Source: Strigamia acuminata (Eukaryota). Taken from it: 64,000 bases of DNA. Under the pieces are notes generated by a model. It ran no database searches. It was not told where the DNA came from and saw only the letters and a list, made by a program, of their open reading frames with translations. Location of the stretch: positions 18,662,001-18,726,000 of the forward strand of contig OX442314.1 in the NCBI GenBank assembly GCA_949358305.1. Reading direction: 5' to 3'. The position numbers were made by a program, and so were the translations under genes. Of the stretch, positions 37,907 to 49,866 are shown one piece after another; positions within the stretch are counted from its first letter, which is position 1; each line of letters begins with the position of its first letter.

Positions 37907-38128
37907 GTTGCCAAGTAAATTACGCTTTAAAAATATATCTAGCAAACAAATCTTATTTATAAAGATAAAAATATGTATTCACAATTGCTTGGACGTAGTT
38001 TTATAAAGAAAACATTTTATAAAACTATTATTATGTATATAGATATAAATTTTATCAAAACGTAACTTGATTTTCATCCGCCCTTTTCACGCTTAAACAA
38101 ATTATCAAAAAAAAAATATTAGAAATTG

Positions 38129-40198
38129 TTATAAAATAGAACACCAACTAAAAATGGAACTTCTACGAAATTTAACTTCCTTTGGAATATAAGTAGCGCT
38201 GCCTGGCTCCCAGTCGTCATCGCTCACTTCGATTTCACTTCCACTGTCGCTGCTTTCCATCTCGGAATTTATTACTTTTCCGCCATAAGCAACAATACTA
38301 GTTGTTCTTACATATTCCACATTTGGAATTTCTCGTCTAACGAAACAAAAATAAAATGAATAATTTAAAAAAAAAAATCAAATACTGAAATTGTTATGCA
38401 AAATACTTTGGTTTCTTCGATCCAACTGCTTCCCAAATTTTTAATTCAATTCCTCCGGTAACAAATCTCAATTTCCCGTTCACGGTCTGTGTAGCCGACA
38501 TGCTCAAAATGCGTCCAGTTTGGCCGTCCCCGAGTGATGTTAGGTATTCATTTCCGGGTAGATGTCGAACTTCCATCATTAGAAAGCAAAATCAATACAA
38601 TCAGCCAATTAATCATCGATTTAACTAACCATTTATAGATCCGTAGCCATAATCCAAATTATAACTGGAACAAAGAACTTCTTTTCCTGTTGAGCAAATA
38701 GCATTAGTTGCTCCAAACTGCCGGAGATGATTAGCAAATTTATCCACTTCGCCTGGAATAATGAAAATTAGTCAAAATATTCGTTTAAATTTAAAGCGAT
38801 TGATTGTGTTAACCCGTTTTCCACATTAGCATCTTCACATTGGTCCCATCATCGCCATAATAAATCAAATTATTAATCAATTCAATTGAGTGGATTTTTC
38901 TAGGAATTGCATGGGGCGTCTCGTTTAGTAATAATTTTTCTGACGAAAATAGCAATAACAATTCCTCTTCTTGCAGCTCCCACACGCTAATAAAACCTTC
39001 CGAGGACGATGCAAACACTCGTTTATCCAATACCTAAAAGTGAACAAAAATCCGATCAATTTACGCTGTATTCAAAGATCAAAATAAAAATTGTCAACAG
39101 CAGGATGGCAGTTAGTTTGAAAACTACTTCACTTTTATATTCGTAAAACTGTCGCCAAAACTAGAGACGGAACTCAAGTTTTGAGCGTTGATCGCATTCC
39201 ATAATTCCAGTTTACCTCCTTCCGTGCCGGTTACAATGAATTTATGAGTAGATAAATATCCAATGCTCGTGATATCGTTATACGTATAAAAAGATTTGAT
39301 TTCCGATCCTAAAATTCGTTTGAAATTAATAAAACCACACATTTGTAAATGACGTGCAACCGTCACCTTCTGATAATATCCAAATTTTAACCATACAATC
39401 GATGCTTCCAGTCATTGCAACTCGACTTTGGCCATCGTAACCCAACGACCATAGCAATTTATTTCCTTCATCTTCCTGCAGGAGAATCAAGCAAGTCACG
39501 GACCCCGTGTGGCCTCGCAAACTCTGAGTTTCGGTACCACTTACGGAATCCCACACTTTTACCGTTGTATCTCGACTAAAATAAAGCAAAAATTAATTTT
39601 GAAATAATTTCATGGGTTTCTTTCGCTCAGCAAAATACCTGCTTGAAACTACAAAGTCTTGATCTGTTACTACACAAGTGATGACATCGCTATGACCTTT
39701 TAATGTTTTCACCGAAAATACTTCGTGTTTCCAATCGCACGAATATTTGGCTGTTTTATCTGCATTATTTGAATAAAATAGAATTTTATTTTTTATTTTA
39801 TTGCATAATTTTGAATAAAATGATAATATACCTTCAGAAATGAGCTTGGAATCATTAGGAGATGGTAAAGATACTTCTGAATCAGACTTGTTCGTCGCAC
39901 TCTCTTTTTCTTTTATAATTTTCACATTATTTTCTGCGTTATTCTCCGTCTTGTTTCCTCCCGACTTTTCTAAATCTTCTGTTAAATTCAGTATTTCGTT
40001 TCTTATTTCTTCTTTCTTGTCAATCTATCATACGAGTTCAAAATTCAACATTTTATTTTATGAAAAAACGTACGTCACCTTAGCCAACTCCTCCGGGTTT
40101 AATGGACGACCAAGTTGTTCTAAGTTCTCAATTTGTCTCAATTTTTTTCTCAATTTTCGGAGAATATTTTTCTCTATTTGCAGTTTATCAAATTCCAT
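38129..40198 (-). CDS. WD40-repeat protein with N-terminal PYM/eIF2A-like helical hairpin and C-terminal CaaX (CSIL)
   Basis: LKGHSDVITCV, DTTVKVWD, LRGHTGSVTCL, GSIDCMVKIW, GKLELWN and ELKIWE repeats; N-terminus LRKLRKKLRQIENLEQLGRPLNPEELAK; ends WCSIL*. Confidence 0.85.
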
Positions 40199-40547
40199 GT
40201 TGTTGCTGCTGCCATACACACCTGTGGAAGATATTTCGTTGTGATTTCAACGCTGCATCACATTTTCCGAAAAATCTAGATGCCAGTGATAACTAACCGA
40301 TATATATAAGATTTAAAAAAGGAGTAAAAAAATATTATTTTTAAATTCCTAGTAAAATAGATACAACTTTACTTCAAAATTAAATATTGCTAATAAACTA
40401 AATAACTTTTTACTGGTAAAAGTACAACAGTTTCTGTTTTCATAAATATTACTTATCAATTTTGAAGCCAGGAGATTTACTACACTTGGTCGATGCTGGG
40501 ATTCAATTCACTATTCGTATTATGTTTGTTTAGGATACGTAATCAAC

Positions 40548-42828
40548 ATGGAATTTACTGAAGCATGGGAAAACGCCTGCTCCAGTGTGGGATTAGCTGC
40601 CCGAAAAGGCAGTTTATGTGTCCTGCAAAAATTAGTAGGAAAAGGCAAACCAGTTGATGTTGCTGATAACAGGGGATGGCGACCCTTACACGAAGCCGTA
40701 TATAGAAATCACATTGCGTGTGCGCACTTTTTATTAACACAGGGTAAGAAATTGAGTTATAGCAAGTTGCAAATCACTTTATAGATTTATTCATTTCAGA
40801 AAAAACGGATGTAAATTGGAGAACATTTCAAGATGAAAGTGCATTGCACTTAGCGTGCGAACGAAACTTTAGTGCTGTTGTCAAATTACTTTTGGATCAC
40901 GGCGCTAATGCTGACGTCAAAAATAACGAATGGAGAACACCATTAATGTTAGGTAGTTCAATAACATTTTATAACACAGATTTGCACGACTAAATTGTAT
41001 TTTTTTTTCTCCACAGCTGTATTGAATTCAGCAAATGAAATAGTTTCACTTTTGCTCGACCATTCAGCTGATGTAAACGTGATGGATATGAACGATTGGA
41101 CTGCGCTTCATTTCGCTGTTGCCAACAAAGATACAATGCTGCTCAAGTTATTACTGAGACATAACGCAAATTTTCGGCTACGCGAAGAAAACGGCCGTAC
41201 TGCATTGTTTATTGCTTGCGAAATGAAGAATTTTGAAAGTGTGAAAATATTATTTGAATTTGCTGCACTAAAAGGTAAAGACAGCAATGTTGTATGAAAT
41301 TTGTCTTCAAGTTTTGAATAATCTACTTTTAATTGTAGGTGAAAGAGACACCATAAATGTTACTGCAAATGATGGCGCAAATGCAGTTATTATAGCAGCT
41401 CAGAAAGGAATTTTGAAAATTTTAAAATATTTAATAGAAAATGGAGGAAATGTTAATCAGATCACCAACGATGGTTTCTTAGCTCTTCATTTAGCTGCTG
41501 CAGTTGCTGGTGATGTTGAGTAAGATTTCCTATGCAAAACATTGAAACAAAAGCAAAACTTTAAAATACAAATTGAATATTATAGGTGCGTGAACTTACT
41601 CTTAGAAAAAACTGATTTGGAAATTTTGAAGCAAAATAACGTCCGAGATATAATTCATTTAGCTGTTGAAAAGCAAAGGTAACAGGACTTCTTTTAACTC
41701 ACTTAAATATTAATTATCTTTTTCTTTAACACTAGAAAGGCCAGACCGTTTTTGTATGTTCTAGGATAATTGCATTTTTTCTTATTATTTTTTAAGAAAA
41801 AATGTCACATTTGCTGATTTATGATGTAAAACATCACAAATTAGCTACTGAAGTAAAAAAAAATAGCATTGTAAACCCATTGGGTTTATTGCTACAGCTT
41901 TTGTAAACAGTTGTACCGGTCAAAATGACCGGGTTGGCCTTTCTAGTGTTAAAAAAGACATGAAATCTTGCAAATCCTAATAAACACGAACCTTCAAATT
42001 GACGTCGAATGCAAATTACCGCAGTTCCCCAACTGGCTGGTTTACAAGTTTAGTGCAATGCACAAAGCAAATTTTCAATTTGAAAACGCTACATTCACTC
42101 CCTTGGGTCGATCCGCGTTTACTGAAGATTCAAAATCCGTAGAAATGCTGCTGAAAGCTGGTGCAAATCCAAACGCTGTTTCGTCGCAGTGCATTGCGCC
42201 TCTAACTTTGTTGGTCGAAAGTCCCACGACCAACCATTACATTCTAATGACACTCTTGAAAGCTGGTGCGGCCGTAAATTACTCGAAAGTTGATTGGTGC
42301 AAATCCGAAGCCGCTGTTTTTGCAATGTGTTATAACAGGTGGGATTTTCTAAACACTTTAATCGTAGCTGGCGTGGACGACATTAATTTCACTTTTGATA
42401 TTGTTACGGGTGCAGAGAAAAGATTGATATTTACGATTGTAAAACCAAAAGCACTCAAACGTGACTTTGTAATTCTTGCTGCGCAGAGCTTACAATGGTC
42501 AACATTTCAAAAATTACTCAGTGACCACTCGAATAGAGACGACGAGCCAATTGTTGTTCAACCACCTTCTCTGAAGCACTTAAGTCGTTTAAAAGTGAGA
42601 AAATTGTTAATGCTACGTGGTGTGTCGTCATTGTACAAAGTAGATCTAACAAACTTGCGTTTACCTGAGGAATTAAACAAATACATATTGTTTGAAGATC
42701 ATTCCGGAGGTGTAGATTGGGGTGAAGTGTCAAGATCAGTTCAATTCACTTCTCTGCCTCCACATTTTGGTGATTTGTCCGTTCGACATCCCTCAGTGTG
42801 GCCATATCTTGCATTTAATAATGCATAA
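40548..42828 (+). CDS. ASB3: Ankyrin repeat and SOCS box protein 3-like
   Basis: N-terminus MEFTEAWENACSSVGLAARKG..VDVADNRGWRPLHEA resembles the ASB3 N-terminus; multiple ankyrin repeats; SOCS box PPSLKHLSRLKVR..LPEELNKYILF. Confidence 0.88.
41730..41948. mobile_element. 219-bp piggyBac-like MITE in an ASB3 intron
   Basis: TTAA TSD at 41726-41729 and 41949-41952; perfect 14-bp TIR CACTAGAAAGGCCA / TGGCCTTTCTAGTG; subterminal palindrome CCGGTCAAAATGACCGG. Confidence 0.9.
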
Positions 42829-43166
42829 TTGTTACACACGCATCATCCATACAGAGAATCAAATCTCTTCATGTTATGAGTTTATCAAACTAGCCTGAAC
42901 ACTCACTTGTCAGTAGATCGCATCATTTAATGTCTGTCTCAAGTTTAAATCTTTGTGTATCATAAATGTATCATACGATCAAGTCATGTTATTGCGTTAA
43001 GAAATGTATACAACATAAAAACTGATTTAAATAAATAAAATTAGTACTTTTATTATTGCATTTGGATCAAGTCATCCGCTTTTGGTATTTCATTTCAATT
43101 CTGTGGCCCATCTATAATTCTTGAAATTTCAGGACATTAGTTGTTGTTTCATTAGTTATTACTAAT

Positions 43167-43189
43167 TATATATATATATATATATATAT
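43167..43189. repeat. (TA)n microsatellite
   Basis: Direct reading. Confidence 0.9.
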
Positions 43190-43306
43190 TAATCTGCTGT
43201 AAACCTACTGTTTTATTTACATAGATAAATTAATTTAATACCAATAATTTTTTCAACTTACAAGGTTAGTTTCTTAGCACTATTTCTTTATTAATTTTTA
43301 TTTTTA

Positions 43307-45232
43307 TCACATGGAATACCCCATGAACAACTTGGAAATGAAGATCAAACAAGTAAACAGAGACCGGAATGACAAGATGAAAAGAATAGCTAAGATGGTA
43401 TTAAATATTAAATTTGCACCACGCGGGTCACTGGCACTGCGCTCTGGAACTGTGAGACGGGATGAGTACCGGTCTTCCCCCTTTGCCATAAACGAAAAAT
43501 GTTCTTTTTGATGATTCTTGAACCAATGTTCAACTAAAAATCAATTTAAAATTTTGATTAACCTATATAACAGAAAATAAAACAACATGATATATTGCCT
43601 CACTTTGACAACCCACGCAGCAATAGTATCTAGGTTCAGACCAGTTTTCGTCCATACATCTAAAAATAATTGCATTTATGAAAATTAAAATTAAAACAAA
43701 AAATAATTCAACATTATTAACTTAACTGTTGACACATTTTATACGGTGAAACTTGATTTTCCACAGAAAAGCAATATGCGCAATGATGAGGAGCTTTTTG
43801 CTTGACTTCGTTAAAACAACTTTTTGAATAATTTACTTTTAGATCACGTACCGGCATACTACTTTTTTGATCCTGCACAGACAACTTCACTAACAGAATT
43901 GATGAATTACCATCTTCAAATATTAAAATATCATTCAAACCACTCACCAATATTCCGGAATTATTTCTTTTATTTGGCATTTCGTCAACTTCTAATATTT
44001 CTTTCATTCTCTCTTTTCTCCGTACTTTCATTACCTCGGTCAGTTGTTGTACAAATTTTGCGTGTTCATAACTTTCAAAGCTTTCGTCCAAATTCGTATT
44101 AACCATTCCCTTGCCTTTTTTCTCTCTTAGTAAACTATGAATCCACTCGATTCTTTTTTCTGTATCCCCAACCATTGCAAATAATGCTTCGCCCCATGTA
44201 CAAGCAAGATATTGTTCCAGTAACCCAGGCTCAAAACCAAAATCCAAATACTCTAACGGAGTATTCCAATAATCTTTAGGACCTTTTCCATCGCTCGACA
44301 ACCATTTGTAGAATATTTCGCACAATGCTGCACCAAAAACCATTTCGAGACATCTGATAAGTAACTCTTGTAGCTTTAATAAATAGTCAATCTATAATCA
44401 AACTTCGTTACAAAACAATCTTGATATAACGCACCGGTAAGCCTACTGTTGAATCGTCCTCAGATTGGTCGGACAAATTGTGTCTCTCTCCTTATACGGA
44501 AGAGCAAGTTTACAATTCCAAAGCAATGCAAAATAAGCATAAAGCAAGTGCAGCTACCTACTTGGAAATAAACGCATTACTTTAATCACATCCAAACAGT
44601 ATTGACTGGCGTCTCTTGGCGATCCTGAAATAATTACATTCTTTTTAATTTGAAAAAAAGCAAAACCTATAGTTTATTATCGCTTCTTTGCATTATACCT
44701 CGCAAAAATTTTTTGTGAATATAAATATTCGCCGCATCCATTATATCGGGCAATTGTTCTTTAATCTGGTAAAAATCCAGAAATGTATTCGCCTTTTTAC
44801 TGTACGTATTAATATTAAGTAAAGTAAACATTTAATTACCGCATTTAAGTAGTGACATCCAGGATTAAAGCAAAATGCTAACCAAAATCTGAACCAAAAT
44901 GTTGTCCCCTGGAAAAGATCGTAGTAATTCAGCAAAAAATAATGTCACCACAAAACAAACAGTTTATTTACCTGCTCTATGATCATTCTTTCAAAGACAT
45001 GTTTACGATTTAGAACAAAATTAGGCCCACATCCATTTCTCAAAATTAAATCAAACGGTGTATTTCCTTCTCTTCTCGCCAATGAAATAAACTTCATACT
45101 GTATTGACAAATAGTTTTGAAATGAAACAAATTCTTTTATTCTTAATACTTTCTCACAAATTTTGAACACGTTTAAGCAGCCCAATTAACTTACCAAATT
45201 TTACCCAGAAGACCACTCCTTAAAGTGCCTCC
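43307..45232 (-). CDS. Uncharacterised MYND-like zinc-finger protein (paralog B) with hydrophobic C-terminal tail; start uncertain, probably 45230-45400
   Basis: GCGPNFVLNRKHVFERMIIEQ | GTTFWFRFWLAFCFNPGC | IKEQLPDIMDAANIYIHKKFLR ... EMVFGAALCEIFYKWL ... CAYC..KMCQQ|C..RYYCCVGCQ|IEHWFKNHQKEH..LIFNTILAILFILSFRSLFTCLIFI. Confidence 0.78.
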
Positions 45233-45554
45233 TATTGGAAATATTCAAAAATAAAACCAACGAACAATATGTAAACTGTTTGAGCATTTTATTACAGTTT
45301 CTTAGCGAAAGTTTGTCCGATAGCTTCCCATCTGTACAAACATGCTGAATACCATGCACAGGTTTACGATAACTAGAGTTAGGCGGAAAAAACAACCCCC
45401 AAACGTCAAACTAAAATTATAAATCACACCAGGGATCAAGGTAACTAGGATGAAGAAGAATGAACTCAACCGTGATTTGATATCATAGCTCAAATTATTC
45501 TAATAATACGGCGTATATTATTTTCAAGTTTCATTCACGTCAACTTCTGCGAAA

Positions 45555-47800
45555 ATGTTCTTGTCAAAGATATTTTATTTTGGATTGCTTATTTTAGAAA
45601 TCAAAATGATTGTAGCCGACGAAACGAAGTGTCCATTTATACCAAAGCTCAACATTTTTCCTGGAAGTGGATGGGATGTTCTTGCAAACAGAGAGAAGAA
45701 TCAAACGTTGCAAATCTCCTACAATCAATGCAAAGTTACGAGTGATGGAAAATATTTAATCCCAGACAATACCGAAGTTGTTTTGTTGAAAACCATGGAA
45801 TTGGAGGTACAAGGAGACTTAATTGAGCATTGGTCTAATTTCACGCCACCAACTGTAAGTGGACTCCATGTTATTTCCGATATTTGGCCTGTAAAATTTC
45901 AACCATTGTACTTCTCATTTTCTGAAGAATACAAAAGAGTAAAAGAGACCTTAGTGAAATACAACGAATTTATCTGCAGAAGTCAATTGCGTCATTTGTT
46001 GTACCGGGTACACGCTAAACCAAACGCACCTTTAAATCCTAGACTGCAAGCTAAATTCTTGGAGATTATTGACGCTCTGAAGACTAATCAGAAGGAAAGA
46101 GCCGAATGCATACTTGAAACAATTGTTCGTGATTACGGCACGCATTACACGAAAAGTGCGGACATTGGTGCAGTTTTGATCAAAGAGGATTTCCTCCCCG
46201 TGTCGTTTCTAGCCAATCATTGTCACGAAAAATGGAAAATTTTGTCAGCTTGCAAGGCTTCTTTCGGCGCATATGGATTTTCGTGGTCAGACAAACATTA
46301 CCTTGATACCTCGTTGCTTAATGAATACAATAAAGCCATTGAAGAATCAAGAATTACAGTGATTGGTGGACCCAATTGGAAAATAGACACTAGTACCGGT
46401 AGTAACTATATTATTGCGGACGAATGGTTAGCTAGTACAAAGAAAAATATGACTTTGTACGACCGTTCTGGTGATTTGTTAACGGGTTTGATAACTCCTT
46501 CAAAATTTCCTGACGTCTCGAAAGCAAACCTAAAGAAACTTGAAGATAAGTTGGGTAATGCCATTCGCAATTATTACAGGTAAGTAAGATTTAAAAATAA
46601 AAATTAAAAAAACATGAAATAAAATTGTAATATTGTATTTATTTCTCATTAAGTCGCAACATTTACGAAGGATGCATGCAAAAAACTGCACAGAACTTTG
46701 ATTTTACTGCGAATTTAGATGACGACTCGTGTTTTAGTGGGAATATGGACTACGCGTTTGGTGGTATTTTTCAGAAATGTACCGACGACGCCAACTTGGA
46801 AGAATTCAGCGGTGAAGCAGTTTGTTTTGCATATACAATTAATAACCCGTTGACTGACGACACGACATGTCCTCCTAATTTTGAAGAAAGATTTTTGCTC
46901 ACACGAAGCGAACTTTACACATACACGTTGCCGTCGTGTCAATGGAAATGTAAAACTTACTATAGTTTGCTCAGAATCAGCATATTTTTCTGCGTAAGCT
47001 CGCCACATTTATCAACAACCAAAAATTATTACGAGTTTGGTGGACTTTATTCTGCTGAAGTCGTCAACATACAAACGGAGAAAAAAAACTGCCCGCCATA
47101 CTATTCAATGTTTTCTTTCCTTGATGACAAACTAGTGTTTTGTCTCAGCAGCTACGCGAACGAATCGACCAAACAGTATTCCCTAGCATTTGGAGGACTT
47201 AGTATTTGCCAATCGGTTGTTTGTTGCTCCGAGGGTTATAAAGAACAGTTGGCTACAACATACCTGGGTCACAACATATATTACTGCATTCAAGAATTAA
47301 ACTTATGGGTTGTAATTCATAGATCGATTCCTATTCTTAGTCAATTTTCATTTGAAAACTGCACCGACAATGATTATCCCATACTTACACCTCACAAAAA
47401 TATCACAATTGGAGATATTAAAGAAATTTTAAAAGAAGTTTTAAAAGGAGATTCTAATGGGTATTCTAGTGGATATGCAGCATTTCACACCCTTTTAATT
47501 ATTATGGTGCTGGGTTTAACCTTGGCTTTAACTTACTGTCACAAAAAATGGATAATCGAAAACGTGCTACGTGCTCACAATTACTGTCGTAAACGTCTTA
47601 GACGTCGTAATAACGAGCAACAAGTAGTGTCTGCTTCTGGATTTGACATTGCACAAGTTGAAGTTGATTACCAAACTGTGTGTAAGGCTGAATTAAGATT
47701 ACAGACACAAAAGATTCTCAACGCCCACAGTAAACCAGAAGGAGGAGAATGCACAATACTCGAAATTGGCAATCTAGCAAACGGGTCAGATGATTGTTAA
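45555..47800 (+). CDS. MPEG1: Macrophage-expressed gene 1 / perforin-2-like MACPF pore-forming protein; one intron at 46580-46653
   Basis: Signal peptide, PGSGWDVLAN..YNQCKVTSDGKYLIPD, MACPF signature YGTHY..DIGA, DRSG, EGF-like GCMQ..NFD..ANLDDDSC, P2-like FGG and NPLT..CP motifs, TM helix, cytoplasmic tail. Confidence 0.92.
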
Positions 47801-48111
47801 TTAAAATAACCAGAAAACCGCACGCATTTGTAAACAAACACACGAACCAAAATTACCAAGGCAAAAAATTGTAGAAAAGGCCAATACAATTTCTTGCTGC
47901 AAAATCTTTCCCCAGCATTAATATACAGTGTGTGTGTAGATGTCTTCATAAATCTACATAATTAGAAATAATTCGCTTTTTTTCATTTAAATTCTTCTAT
48001 TTATTCAACAGATTGTAAAATCCTTGAGTAATTTTAATCACGAACTATATAATGTTTATCTTTCCCATAAAGATTAAAAACAATTTCAAAAATAAAGTCT
48101 CGTTCTAACTC

Positions 48112-49441
<1,330 letters not shown>

Positions 49442-49866
49442 GACATGCAACAACCTACTTCAAACTCACATTCCACAGTCTGCAACTTCAATACAACAAT
49501 GTCCCAAGAATAATGACGCAATGTGTTCAGCAGAATTGTTAAATCAAACGGTGTGATTGTGTTATTCAACGTAAATTCAAAAAACAGGCCTAACATAAAG
49601 CATTCTGGAGAGTTGAAAGCGTTTTTATTTGTAACCATCTATTCAAGTCGTTGTCTGTCGGGAAAATTTCTATTGCTTTCTGTGTTTTCACATCGTCAAA
49701 AATTCTTTAGCTAAGCAAAAACTAAGTTTTCTTCTAGCAGGGTAGAATAAATGTTTACTTTTTCCATTAGAACTACATCTTGAGTTAATAGAAATGTACA
49801 CTTTACAATAACAACAAAAAATATGTTTTAAGTTTAATTATTCTTTTACGAGATATTTGGTAGTCG

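Noticed and set aside
34172..42828. OTUD3, COPS7 and ASB3 as a ubiquitin-pathway operon-like cluster
   Set aside because: Ubiquitin-system genes are abundant and the orientations are mixed; adjacency is adequately explained by chance or ancestral linkage
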